Shown piece by piece: positions 50,213 through 62,994 of a DNA stretch of 64,000 nucleotides. The DNA comes from Paecilomyces variotii (Eukaryota): NCBI GenBank assembly GCA_004022145.1, contig RCNU01000003.1. The stretch is one strand, 5' to 3'. The translations under genes were made by a program, and so were the position numbers. The stretch's first letter is position 1. Every line of letters begins with the position of its first letter. A model generated the notes under the pieces. The model ran no database searches and was not told where the DNA came from. It saw only the letters and a list, made by a program, of their open reading frames with translations.

Positions 50213-51157
50213 ATGGTGGCAGTTACAAAGGCTATGCGGATCAGTATGTTTTCTTCTTGATAGATAGAACTATGTTCTGTATTTCGCATCGTGTGTACTT
50301 CTGGATATATTGGGGCCACATGCTAACATCGTTTGATGAATATTTAGGGAATCCGGCTCTCTTGTATGTCTACGATCGAGTCCCACGACTTCATCACTTT
50401 TCTTCGATTGCTTTTGGGGAGGGTTCTATGATGGAGTAAACACTGTTATATCTCAACTGACAAGCTGGCTATGAAACAGCATCTGCGATGTTCAAGAGAA
50501 GTTCAGAACTGCTATTTATGAATACCCCAAGTTGTGAGTTTCTTTCAACCCCCCCTCCTTTTCTTTTCTCAACCTGACATGAAAAAAACGCTCTTTAGGA
50601 TCGCTACATCTGAGAAACTCCTTAAAGCCTCCGCCCCGCTTCAAATTCCTGTCTTCGTAACGACGCAAAACCGCGCTCGTCTAGGGGAAACTGTCTCCGA
50701 ACTACAGCCATACCTCACCGGCCCAAACCTGCGCGCCGACGTGGACAAGACTTTATTCTCGATGATCACGCCTAAGATTCGCGCTCTGCTCCCGGAGACA
50801 TCCCCTACTACCAGCAACGGTAGCTCTGCGGCTGCTTCTGGAAACAATACGCCGCTTGACGTTATCATTGTGGGCATCGAGACGCACATCTGCGTCACCC
50901 AGACGACCTTGGATCTGCTGGCTCTTGGACACAGAGTATATGTTGTTGCCGATGGAGTGAGTAGTTGCAATGAGGGAGAGAGGGGGATTGCATTGGCGCG
51001 GTTGCGAGATGCAGGCGCGATCGTTACGACCAGTGAGAGTCTTCTCTTTGAGATTCTAGGAGATGCAAAGAGGGGAGAGTTCAAGGCTGTTAGTGGACTG
51101 GTGAAGGATACGAAGGAGCAGACGAAGGGGGCTTTGGAGGTTTTCTGTAAGATCTGA
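50213..51157 (+). CDS. Isochorismatase-family hydrolase (ISOC1/YcaC-like), with microexons
   Basis: ICDVQEKFR, TTQNRARLGETV, DKTLFSM, GIETHICVTQT, VADGVSS, TTSESLLFE. Confidence 0.88.
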
Positions 51158-51424
51158 ACGAGTACACAATGAAGTTAATAGGAAGACAGGAAATATACAA
51201 ATCGTTAGAGCTATCTTGCGATTGAACCTTATCTATGCTATCTCTTTTTTATCCCTTCTCCGGGGACAGATGGTGACGTAAATCCAAAAGGAAAAGGGGC
51301 TCGGTAGATTTTCATATCTCGTGAGAAACTAGGAGAGGGCGGCTTCCACGTGAGGAAAGACACGAAGTGGCACTCAAGGGATCGTCATGATGCATTCACA
51401 GTTGTTGTTCCATGTGAATACTAA

Positions 51425-53363
51425 CTATAGATGGATCTCCTGAACCTTGGCACGGCCCGTAAACCAGCTGTTGTCGCCTCGAACGGCGGCCTGGCGGATA
51501 GCGTAGAGCTCATCCAAGAAAGCAGGCGTGAAACTACCGGGGCCGCGCACGTATTCCTTCGCAGCTGCGTTTTCAGCTGCAATCTCAAACATCAATAGTC
51601 CAGAGAGAACAGCGTGGAGTTTGTCGGTACGGTGGACGGACAGGAAGGCGCCGGTGACGGTCCCCAGGGAACAGCCAGTCTGTAAATAAGTTCGTCGTCA
51701 GCGAGGATGGTCCATATATTGGGTTGCTCCACTGTGATATAAACTGTAAGAAAGGTTTTGAGACATACGCCAGTGATTTGTCCCAAGAATTCGTGGCCAT
51801 TGCCAATGGCAAAGACCCGGTTTCCATCACTGAGATAGTCGATATCACCGGTCAAAAGGACGCAGTTACCTATATTAAAGAGAGTGTCAGTCGAGGATAG
51901 AAAGTTTTTGAGGATTTAGACGGCTCACGTTCACGGCGGGCAAGGTCTCTGGCAAGAGTAGCCTTTTCGCGGTTGTTGAGGGTGCTTGGTCCGCTGTCGA
52001 CTCCTCGCTGCATACCCGCACTGTTGCCAAAGACCTCCCTGATTTCCCCTTCGTTGCCCTTGATCAGGTCAAAATAGCCTCCAGCCATGAGCTGCTTGAC
52101 GGCAGCCTTTCGAATCTTAGTAGCCCCTGCTCCGACGGGATCGTAAATAACGGGGTTTCCGCCCTTATTGTACGCTAGCATGGCTTTGAGGTAGTTCGAT
52201 ACGCTCTCGCTGTTAAGAGTTCCCATGTTGATAAGAAGAGCCCCCCCGAAAGTAGAGAGATCGTTGGCTTCGTCTCCATAAGGGGACATGATTGGCGAAG
52301 CACCACTGGTGTTGTGTTGTCAACTTTGATCCTATAACGACAATAGGCAACTGTCCAACTTACATGGAGAGAGCGACATTGGCAGCAAAGTTTGCGACGA
52401 CGAAGTTGATCATGTTGTGAACAAGGGGACGGCTAGTAGCCACTTTAGCGACGATGGATGGCACATCATTCAACAATAATGCCGCCTCGTTCTCGCGTGG
52501 AGTTGGTGGAATGCTTGCGAATGGGGGAAGAGAGCTGATGCGCTTGGACAACTGCGAAGCTGCTGCTCGGGGGTCTTCTGCGGCGATGATGGCACTCACC
52601 ACCGCCACGCCGTCTAGGCCCTTCTTGGTACCTTGCGATTGATAGATCACGCGTTGTACATTGGATTCATTGATTCCACCGATAGAAACAGTTCCAACCG
52701 GGCGGCCCATGTCGGCGAGAGCATTGAGGATTTCTTTAGTGCCTGCAGTTCCGATTATGGATTTTGTATCCTTCTTCCTGTTCGATAAGATTAGATTTTG
52801 GAGTCGTTGTGGCATGGATTCTAAGCCGTATTACTTACGTAGGTGTTGCAAACATGGTTCCAATACCCAGGTAATCAGCCCCCTGCTCGACCGCTCGCTT
52901 CGCTTCTGCGACTGATGCGACAGTGACTCCAATAATGGCGTCCTCTGGAAGCAGCTTCTTTGCATCATCAACATCTACCGTTTGCCAGTCCGTCAGTCAG
53001 TGGTCATGACTTAGTAGGTTGGCGTCCTACTCATATCGTCCTGTCCTAGATGGACACCCTCTGCTCCGACCGCCACAGCAACATCGACCCGGTCATTGAT
53101 GATCAATGGCACATTGTAAGCCTTCGTGATCTGGTGGAGTTTCTTCGCAGTCTCAATCATCACCCCTGTGTCGCTATGCTTCTCTCTGTACTGGACAACC
53201 GTGACTCCTGATTGCAGTTAGCGGCATCCAACCGGATCATGGCTTCCAACGGGTTGAACTCACCTCCTTTAAGAGACTCCTCCACGACATTGCAGAGATC
53301 TCGTCCCTTGAGGATAGCGGGCGTTGAGTCTGTGACTAGATAGAGAGACAGGTTGACTGCCAT
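51425..53363 (-). CDS. THI6: Bifunctional thiamine-phosphate synthase / hydroxyethylthiazole kinase, multi-exon
   Basis: LSLYLVTDS, VQYREK, INDRVDVA, GVHLGQDD, IGGINESN; PLVHNMINFV, INMGTL, DPVGAGAT, IKGNEGEI, ITGTGC. Confidence 0.93.
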
Positions 53364-54708
53364 CGTGAACGGAGTTCCTCAGAAGTAGAGGAGACGGGAC
53401 ACAAGACAGTACGGTTCTGGAGTACAGCTCAGGATATCTATATGAATCAAGAAATAATAGTTAATAGCCCGAGCCAACTACTGAAATGGACTGTAAAGAT
53501 TGAGATAGGGGAAGGGCTCTCCAGAGGTTCTTATGTAGAAATTGCCGGGATCTATGCGGAGAGGAAAAGCTTTATACAAGGGCTGATGGTTAGGGGACAA
53601 AGAGAAGTAGGACGAAGTACATCAGTGAGAACAGAGCATCGCACAGCTGCACCTAACGAAGCATAACGATAGCGTCTGGATCAGAAAGGGTCCGTTATCG
53701 GTGAGATATATTCCACAGAAAGAGAGTGCGATGGCGGGGCAAGACATGGTTGGAAGAGGTCGAAGGAAGGAAGGGGATTGAATCTTACCAGCAAAGACAA
53801 GGAAAATGATTGTAAGTATATATATTACGCAAAACTCTCAAGATAATATAATATATACAACAAAAACCCTGCCAACTCTCCTGGACTCTTCGTCCGCATC
53901 GCCATCTGCCAAGAGTTTCCTCTTCATCCCCGCGAGAGCTCCGGGGAGCACGTGCCACAATTCGCCCAAATAGGATAGGCAAGCGAAGCCACCATTCCCG
54001 AAGCCACCACCGGAGGCACGTGCCCGGGCTGAGTCAGCCAGCCGCCGAGGGCCAACCAGGATCGCGTCTCGAGGCAGGCGGAGGCAGGCTCTCGCTATAA
54101 ACTCCGGCGTCTTCCTTTCCCTACCGGCAAATTTCTTCTTCTTCCACACAACGTGTCTTTTGCCATCGACGTTCTTCACCGTCGACTTCACTATCATCTC
54201 AACACTTGGCGCTTCTGAATTTATCACTGGCACCTCAGCTGCCGCGCTCACAGTTCATTGCAGCCAAGTCCGGCCTTCATAGCTTTCCACGCCGCCACCG
54301 TGTCCGTGAGTGACGGACATCAAGAACCATCCGTTGGTTTCTCTTCCCTTGCCAGAGAAAGCCACAGATCGACGTTGAGCAACCTGTCTATGTATTCGTC
54401 CTGCGTGAACGATTTCGAACACCATCTGCCGCCTAAGCTGCAAACTTTTCGCTTCGTGCGGAAACCTTGTAGTATACATTCGAGATCCTGTGGTTGAAAC
54501 CTCCTGGGCTGCCCATTTCCGCAGTGTCAACCGACACTAGTCTCTATTCACGACGATTCTTTAACCTAGAAGAACGAGGCAATCTGTGACGCATGTCTTG
54601 TTCCAATAACGCCGTCTTGGTTCAGATTCCTTTTGCCCGCTCCGCCACAACGCCAGCTTCCTCAGTACACTGAAAACGATCAGACCACGCGATCAGACCA
54701 CCGCAATC

Positions 54709-55980
54709 ATGGCCACCGTCAATATCCGTCGGGATATCACCGATCCCTTCTACCGTTACAAGATGGAGAAGCTCCAGTCCAAGATCGAAGGTAAAGGCAA
54801 CGGTATCAAGACTGTTGTCGTCAACCTGAACTCGGTCGCCCAGTCTCTCAGCCGGCCCCCATCTTACGTTATCAAGTATTTCGGATTCGAGCTGGGTGCT
54901 CAGGCGAACGCCAAGCCTACTGACGATCGCTGGATCATCAACGGTGCCCATGACGCCCCAAAGCTCCAGGACTACCTGGACGGATTCATTTCCAAGTTTG
55001 TACTTTGCAAGAAGTGCAAGAATCCGGAAACTGATGTGGTCATCAAAGACGGTCGGATCCTGCTTGACTGCAAGGCCTGTGGTCAGCGCTCCGAGGTTGA
55101 CCCTCGTCTGAAGCTGAGCACTTTCATCATCAGGAACCAACCTACTAAGGGCAAGAAGGACAAATCCTCCAAGAAGAGCCGCCGTGACCGGAACAAGGAT
55201 AAGAGTGATGCGACAGAAAACGGAGATAAATATGGCAGCCCAGGCGACAGCAACAACTCAGAAGACGGAGAAGCGGAAGACCTGGCCATCGAGGCAAACA
55301 GCGACGATGAGCTTACTCGTCGTATCAATGCGGAGGCCGAGAATCTTGATAAGGACGATGATATTGACGATGACAACTGGGCCGTTGATGTCTCGGAAGA
55401 GGCCGTCAAAGCCCGTGCCCAGGAGCTTCCTTCGGATCTCAAGCGTGCGCTTGTCATTGAGGATGCTGATGATGAAGAAGGCGATGGTGCCAGCGCCTAT
55501 GACCAGCTTGGAAGCTGGATCATCAGCACCGCCGAAGGCAAGGAAGGTGGTGTTGCTGACGTCAGCGACATCGACATCTACATGAAGGCGAAGGAACTTG
55601 GCATCGAGAGCAAGCACAAGACCTTGACAGTGTTGGCGCAGACTATCTTCGACGAGAAGATTGTTAAGCAGATTCCCAACCGCGCCTCCATGCTTAAGAA
55701 GATGATCACCTCCGAGCGCCACGAGAAGGCTTTCCTCGGTGGTACCGAGCGTTTCGTCGGCAAGGATCACCCTGACCTTATCCCTCAGGTTCCTGCTATC
55801 CTGCTCCAGTACTACCAGCATGACCTAGTCTCTGAGGACGTGCTCAAGGCCTGGGGTTCCAAGGCTAGCAAGAAGTATGTCGACAGTGCGACCAGCAGGA
55901 AGGTCCGCAAGGCTGCTGAGCCCTTCCTCGAATGGCTCGAGAATGCCGAGAGTGATGAAGAGAGCGAGGAAGAGGAATAG
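54709..55980 (+). CDS. TIF5: Eukaryotic translation initiation factor 5
   Basis: DPFYRYKM..EGKGNGIKT, YFGFELGAQ, CKKCKNPET..CKACG zinc ribbon, W2 domain FLEWLENAESDEE. Confidence 0.96.
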   Translation: MATVNIRRDITDPFYRYKMEKLQSKIEGKGNGIKTVVVNLNSVAQSLSRPPSYVIKYFGFELGAQANAKPTDDRWIINGAHDAPKLQDYLDGFISKFVLCKKCKNPETDVVIKDGRILLDCKACGQRSEVDPRLKLSTFIIRNQPTKGKKDKSSKKSRRDRNKDKSDATENGDKYGSPGDSNNSEDGEAEDLAIEANSDDELTRRINAEAENLDKDDDIDDDNWAVDVSEEAVKARAQELPSDLKRALVIEDADDEEGDGASAYDQLGSWIISTAEGKEGGVADVSDIDIYMKAKELGIESKHKTLTVLAQTIFDEKIVKQIPNRASMLKKMITSERHEKAFLGGTERFVGKDHPDLIPQVPAILLQYYQHDLVSEDVLKAWGSKASKKYVDSATSRKVRKAAEPFLEWLENAESDEESEEEE

Positions 55981-56848
55981 ATTTGACGTGAAACTCAGAA
56001 ATTTTCTCTGGCTCTTTTACCGCTTTCCGGATACTGTTCTTGGGCGCGTCATTCCATGGGATCACTTCCGCTCAGAAAATACTAAACTGTCTTTACCGAG
56101 AGACTTAGTGCTTGATTCCTGACTATTGTTTATTTTCAAAACTCGAGTTCTTTAGTTCGAAGTAATAGGATCAGCAAACAATATCAATGCAATCCCTTCT
56201 CATCTAACGATTCTCACCACGTAGTAATACTTCCGCTTCAATAACTATATTTACGGGATGCCTGTATAGAAGCAAGACCATAGCTGTCTTTCCCACCGTC
56301 TTACTGTGCTGCGCAAGATATAGTGGGATACGGACTATATACCGAAGACTGCGGAATGACGCCCGCATGGAATGGTGGGCCAAGGCTTTCCAGATAGTAT
56401 AAATGCTGGGACGAGGTCAAGTCCCTCCTGGAGCTCGATCTGCATTGCCCTTGAATTGCTTTCTAAAGTCGCACTTATATAATTCTATAGCTAATTCCTA
56501 TACCCATAGGAGGTCACCAGCCTGTGCGCCGCTGAACGTTGATGAATACTACTACTACTTTAGGTAATGTACCCACGATGAAGTGTGAAAACTGTTCAAA
56601 TATACTGATAGTGACATGGGACAAGCACGACTAATAGGATAGACGGGCGCACTAGCTACAGCATGCTAGGATGGGAGAGTAGTAGGGGAGTAATGTCACA
56701 AAACTAGCAAGAGGTGTCCATTCTGTATGCTAAACCGAAGCGTGTCACGAACGTGTTGAACGTAAGTGCGTCTCTTGTACATGAAGATGTGTTGAGCAGT
56801 ACCCCATGACAATAGAAAGAATAAGAAGAGAGAAGTAAATGAAGTAGG

Positions 56849-56939
56849 GAGAGACCGAGAGAGAGAGACCGAGAGAGAGAGACCGAGAGAGAGAGACCGA
56901 GAGAGAGAGACCGAGAGAGAGAGACCGAGAGAGAGAGAG
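56849..56939. repeat. Compound microsatellite, six 14-bp units CC(GA)6
   Basis: CC at 56855, 56869, 56883, 56897, 56911, 56925 with exact 14-bp period. Confidence 0.9.
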
Positions 56940-56952
56940 TGTGTGTGAAAGA

Positions 56953-58425
56953 TCACTCTTCTGGATCGTATTCCGCATCTTCCTCCATGTCCTCCTCCTC
57001 GTCAGAACCCTCCTTCATATTCTCTTCATGGGCACTATCCATTTTGGCGTCGATCTGAACCGAAAGCGCGTAACTAAGAGTTTCTTCCTCCGTGGCACTC
57101 CGTGAAGGTGACTCGTTGACCTCTTCAAATACTCCGTTCCAAAATGCCTCTGGTGCATAATGGTCAGATGCACGACGCGCCAATGCTATAAGCATGGATT
57201 TCCGAAGATATGGACCTGGTGTGGCCCATAAAGTGCCTTTGGCCTCAACTTGTGCCACCCACTCCAGGTTCGACGCGCGGCGCTTGTGGTAGAGGTACGT
57301 GACTATGAAGCGAAAATAGAGGTATCTTTTGGCAGGGCGGTTATTCGATAGGAATTCTAGGGGCTTGTTATGCACATCCTTTTGTATTATCAGCAGTAGC
57401 AAAAAGAAAGGAAGCTATATTCCTCAGTATACCTTAAATAAGACTGTATCCCCCAAGCCGAGGGTTATGATTGGCTTCTCCATGATTTCTTGGTCAATAA
57501 CGATGCACTTCCACCGAGTTGCTCCATCCTGTGGCTGAGGACGCATTGGTACAATTACCAACTGACCGGCATCGAGGGATTTCTCGAGTTGTGCAGCCAG
57601 GGTTAGGCCTTATAGAAACGTGAATCAGCACTAGCGTATAATGCAGGATAAAAAAGCATGCTCACCGTTACGCCTATCCATAGACACCCGCAGGTCGCTT
57701 GCTCCGAAGAGATAGGACAGCTGTTCAGACTCTAGAGACTTGGGGACAATATGGGCAGCTATGGTAAGGCGGCTTGGAATATGGCGTCCGAGGATGTGAC
57801 ACCATACGAGGCCCTCGTGTGGTTTAGCGGACAGGTATTTGATGACGGCTTGTCTGTACTTCGATTGGTTGTGCTTCGGGCCTTGTGTTGACAGATTGCT
57901 CGCCGCCATTACCTTGTCTGTTACTAGAGAGCTGTAGGCGATCTCCATGATCTTGTCCAATTCTCCATGACTGGCGCCAATATTAGCCGAGATCTCATCG
58001 TCGATGTCTTCTTCCAGAATCTTGCGTTGTCGTTTAAGCACGAGATTTTCTTTGTCGAGCTGTCTTTTCCTATTTTCGACCTCCCTGAAAGTCTTGTCGT
58101 ATTCGCCAATGTCGATCTTTTTAGTCGTTTTCAAATCCGACAATCCGTCACGGTACGCTTTAAGAAGTTCAAGGTCGGCCTCGAGTACCTTGGCCTTCTG
58201 ATCCACAAACTGAGAGATAGAGCTCGTCGCCGAAATGGTAGAGGCTGCAGAAACTCGTCGAGAATAACTGATAGTTGTCCTATGAAGAATGGCGTTCTGG
58301 TGACCAGGGGACATGAGAGAAGAGTGTCTCTCTGGAACGACCAGAGGAGGATCTGTCGAAGGAGGGATCTGGTCAGACGGGATGAGGGATGAGGTGCGCA
58401 CTGGTATTGCAAACTTGGGAGGCAT
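56953..58425 (-). CDS. HNH-endonuclease-like protein (fungal HNH_2 type) with N-terminal coiled coil, 3 exons
   Basis: VWCHILG..AAHIVPKSL..RRNG|LTL...LEKSLDAGQLVIVP; later RPAKRYLYFRF and WATPGPYLRKSML; acidic tail. Confidence 0.7.
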
Positions 58426-59425
58426 TGTGGCCAGAGATGGCAAGCGACTGGATAGCAAACTGTCAAATCGTAAAGGGCACGGAAGCAACGATGTGATTTG
58501 AAGCTCCTAGCTAGTAGCTTGCTTGCTTCTAGATCTGGCGGGGAACTTGGTCCCATATATGTCTCCTATATCATACAAAGAATCCAGATCCGAGTGATCT
58601 AGTAAGCTCTATCCTATAACCAGGATAGCAAAGAACCTGCTGCAAACGGATGATAGCACTTCTTTGTGCGCCGACACAAAGAGGGAAGATTCAAAATTAG
58701 CCCAGGCTGTCTGTCTAACTTGAAGCAGAATCAGGGAGAAGGCACCTAGGTGCCTACCTTAGGTAGGTAGTAATGATATAGGCAGCCTTTGACCCTCATT
58801 GGTTCCTCTAGGGAATAATATCTCTACTAGACCAATCTAGGCAGCTAAGCAATTCTACCTATCTTTCACTTATGAGCGGTGTATATTAGCATACAAAGAA
58901 TGTAAGATACGCGAATACTAGATAAGAGAAGTAGTGAGAAAAGTAGTAACAGTCTGGAACATCGATAGAACCGTAATTTTCGGGCTATCCGGATGGATTA
59001 TATTGCACAGTAGTAATAGTATCAATTAACATCCGGCGAGGAAGCTTCTGCTCCTGGTAACCTCCCATGGGGTATCTACTCAGGTCGTTTTTAGTAGCTG
59101 CAGATTTTGGCATAGAATTCTGTACTGTTAAGTAACTTAGCTTTACAAATTCGCTGGGGCTGACAGACTAGAGGTAGTTATGCGCCTCCTATATGCCTGC
59201 GAGGGATAGGAGCATTGTAGCCACTGCTACAAGCTGTGCTAAGTTCTAGAGCAGAAAGGCGAGGTGCTCTGGACTCTGTTGCGTCCGCATAAGGAGGTAA
59301 ATTGAGATCGACATGTTATCTTCCCGCAATAATGGCCATATATGAACCACTTATCCATACATTCTTCATACGTAGACCTTGACATAATAGTCTGCTCCCA
59401 GTCATCCAACCATAGCGCATTAACT

Positions 59426-59713
59426 CTAATAATAAGCATATCTATAATCCGGCTTCCCTACCGAACTCGGCCTCGTTGCACTCTTAGACCGCGACCGACT
59501 CAGTCTTTTTGCTGCCGATCCACCCCCTCCCGTATGCTTGTTCGCCGTAGGCGCGCGACGAGGCTGGTTCTTAGCTCGCTTTCGTCCTTTCCGGTCGTGT
59601 CCAACATGAGGATCCTCGCGGCTTTTTTCGGGGTCTTCTTCGCGTAGGACATCGGAGACTTCTTCGCGGGGAATGTTGTAGTCACCGAGGCGGGACTTGG
59701 AGGATTCAGACAT
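59426..59713 (-). CDS. Possible small basic hypothetical protein (95 aa)
   Basis: ATG in strong context (accaccATG), GC-rich ORF in AT-rich surroundings; no recognisable domain. Confidence 0.3.
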   Translation of the reverse strand: MSESSKSRLGDYNIPREEVSDVLREEDPEKSREDPHVGHDRKGRKRAKNQPRRAPTANKHTGGGGSAAKRLSRSRSKSATRPSSVGKPDYRYAYY

Positions 59714-60606
59714 GGTGGTTTTTGCTTCTTTGTTGGAACAGGATCGTAGATCTTTATCTCGAGTAAACGAAGGAGAAGAACAAAAGTGGTGGTTGGAGAA
59801 TTACACGGGCCTCGCTGTCGCTCCTGCTTTTTTGAGGACGGTGCGGTTTATCTGTTTATCTCTCGTGTCTGTTTATCTCTCGTGCGAAAAGCAGACAGAT
59901 TAAATAGTTTAAGAACTAGAGAGATCTCTATACTGTCTCTAGAGGGGTTCCAGTGATCCGGTTCACCCTCTTATATCAGCATTAAACTTTGGAAACATCC
60001 CCTGACGTCAAAAGAACGCCTCCCGAGCGCATCATGATGCAAATCTTCTAACATGTCAGCGTGGACATAGATATATGATGAACGGATCTGAGTCCGGAGA
60101 TATGGATTGTCGAGGATCGTATTTTGAGGATGGCATTCTTGTTTTGTTGTTCTTGTTCCTTGTAGAAGTGCAAGTTTCTTTTTCTTCACAGCGGTTCAAA
60201 ATGTTTTGGAATACTTTAGCTTTCAGTTGTGATCGGCGTTATGATTTGATGTGGCGAGGAATAACGGATGGGGTATATGGAAATGAGTGTCTAGTGATTT
60301 AGCCAAATGTCAGGATGGTGATTGAAAATTGGCTGAGGACATATCTCATATTGCAAATATGGAGGTTTTGTGGCGACATGTCGTTGCAGCAGACTCTTGG
60401 AGTACTCCTGGGGAAATAGGAATATGCTGGAATGCATGGTTCCAGTCATTGGCAACAGTACAGCGTGAAGTGTCACATGAAACTTTTCTTCGGCCTCCAT
60501 GGAACTGGACATGAGCCTGAAGTTCTGGTTCATAAGCCGCAGAGGTTGTTGGTTTGGCAAGTTGTGAAAAGGAAGACCGTGTAAGACGAGATGGTCTGCT
60601 CTCTTT

Positions 60607-62994
60607 CTATTCGACGAGATTGGCGTGTATGGCGTTATCAACACGAGAAGAGAGTTTAAAAGTCTCGTCGAGTCCGATCCAGTGCATTGCGTCCAGCCGC
60701 AGCATACCCAAGTTCATCTGTTCATGATACCGGCTCTGTAGGCGTAAGACCTTTCTCCATCTGTCCACAAGCCTGCGAGCCTTGGCTGCGCGGGCTTCTG
60801 TCGGAGCCTGGATGAGCAGTAGCACGACGAAATTCGACATGACTGCAAAGCCAACTCGTGACCCTGAACATTGTTAGTTGCTGTCTTACATATATTAAAG
60901 GCATGCAAGTGGATGCTTACACGAATACCAGAACCCGCAGAAATCAGACGAGTTAAGATTCGTAACGAATTCAATCACTACTTCAGCGCACCTCTCGGCT
61001 GCATCAATGACTGCCTCTGCACCAGCACGAATGTCTGGGTCTATAGCGAAATCGTCTTGCGTTGCTGAATTGTCCAACGCAACGCATTGAGGGCCTGTTG
61101 GTCCGCTCCTCGCCAGCGGACGTAGCACGGCACGGTAGAGATATAACTCTAGGGTCAAATAGGCGAAGTGCACGGGGGCTGTTAGTCCTACCTCTTCAAT
61201 TGAAGGCTCAGACTCAAATATCTTGCGTAACCGTAGTGACTCTGGAAGAGACGCATACCAGCGGCTCAGTTGTCCACGGAGAGGGCGGACTGTCTCTAAT
61301 GAGCCACGGATATTCGTAGATAATTCTCCAATAGTGCGCACAGTACTGTATTCAAGTTAGCGTCACATTGTAGCAATGGAAGTAGGAAATCCTTTCGAAT
61401 GAAGTGAACTCACTAGAAAGCTTTATAGACATCTTCCGCGATCTGTGCCAGACTGCAAATAAGACGGAAGGGAAGCGCTTGCTGTACCTCGTTGCTAGAT
61501 ACATTAAGAATGGTGTCGAGATTTGATGGCACGGTATCCATTTCGAAGTCGTCATCTGTGAGCTCCGACACTTGCCAGTCGTCTCTATTGATAAACGAGG
61601 GACGGCCAGAGGAAAGGCTGCGCCATTTATCTTCCGAAAACGTTATCCACCATAATCTCCTGCGCAAACGTTTCTCCCACCATGGAATACGCCAGGCCTG
61701 ACAGTCTAGATGTAATCCTAGAGAAGTTGCAAGGCCAACGACACTCCCCATGAAGGATGAATGGAAAGGGGTATCTGCAACAGCACTTGTGGATCCTGAT
61801 CGAGGTTTGTGCTGATAGAGAAGTGCTGCCTGAAGTACCGAAAGCCGCGGATTGTGCATGTGTATCTGGATGTCGCGATAGGCAATTCTCCATATCTGGT
61901 CCGCTGGCGGCTTCCTGTAGACATTTGAAACACACAAGTAACTGTCGTATGGCACAAATGGTATAGCAGAAGCATAAACAGCTGCCAGCAAATGCGTGGG
62001 GATCTTTTGAAGCTCTGAAACATCTGGCAGTAAAGACGGCGCCATGACTCGTAGCTGTGAGCGTGACACGACAGGAAACAATGGAAATACATGTGTTAAG
62101 AACCTAACAAGTTTTAGTAAACGAAAAACTGATCAGGAACTGCATTAACAATCGGTTCACATACAGTTTGAACAATCTGCGACCATCTTCCGTAGGAATG
62201 AGATTTTCCAGTTCAGTCCTCAGATCGTTTTCTGAAGAAGATGGTGCGGTGTCACTCTTAAATCCCTCTACAAGGTCATTTGAAGCAATCATGAAATGAA
62301 CAGGGACCTGCTCTGGTTCGCTGATATCAGCTACATTCCGAAAATGCACCTTGTAGAATCTGCGAAGGCCGTGCTCATCAAATCGACAGTGTCGTAGCAG
62401 CCATGGATCTGACTCTGCAGATATTCCGAACAACTTCGCAGTGAAGTCTTGCATTTCATCAAGCGAATGATTTGTTGATGCATGATCCTCTCTCTGATAA
62501 GTCTCGGAACCGACACCCTGCGGCGACGAGTTCTGATTGATCGAGGATGCAGGAGATAGATCCGGGGCACCCCCGATATCTACGCTATGAATGCCATTAA
62601 TAGGTTTATCCTCTGTTGTGGGATCTTCTTCATGGTAGACCTGTGGCGATAGCACATCTTCCATGGCATCTTCGCCTGCTGATGTTTTCGGCGTAAAGTC
62701 GCCATACCGATCCAGCGAGCTGTCTGGGAAGCCTTCAGATGCCGCTATAGCATCCCAATTGAGCATCTCTCTCCCCAAGTCGAGATCCTGCCTCTTCACT
62801 TTATTGGATCGAGGTTCAACGGCCAGGACGAAAGTGCAGTCCACCCGTGCTGCTTTGCAACGTTCGCACGGGGGTTCATGATCGATCCGGCAGCCCAGCT
62901 TGCGATGGCGACAGCGATCACATGGGCGACGTCGTTTAGATCGATATGGACGCGGACTGCCAGGAATGCAATTCGGGGAAGAGTTACTCGCCAT
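60607..62994 (-). CDS. Zn(II)2Cys6 transcription factor with Fungal_trans domain, multi-exon
   Basis: CDRCRHRKLGC..CERCKAARVDC; LFGISAESDPWLL; LGLHLDC..WWEKRLRRRLWW..EDKW...GRPS. Confidence 0.9.

Noticed and set aside
50213-53363. Isochorismatase-family gene and THI6 as cluster members
   Set aside because: Both look like widely conserved primary-metabolism genes lying in the THI6-eIF5 housekeeping block
54622-55821. Long antisense ORFs over eIF5
   Set aside because: Expected by-product of strong codon bias in a highly expressed gene
56696-56978. ORFs with SLSLGLSLSV repeats
   Set aside because: Translation artefacts of the GA microsatellite
60607-62994. Zn2Cys6 transcription factor as the cluster regulator
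   Set aside because: More than 11 kb away and separated by housekeeping genes; more plausibly linked to the adjacent GST
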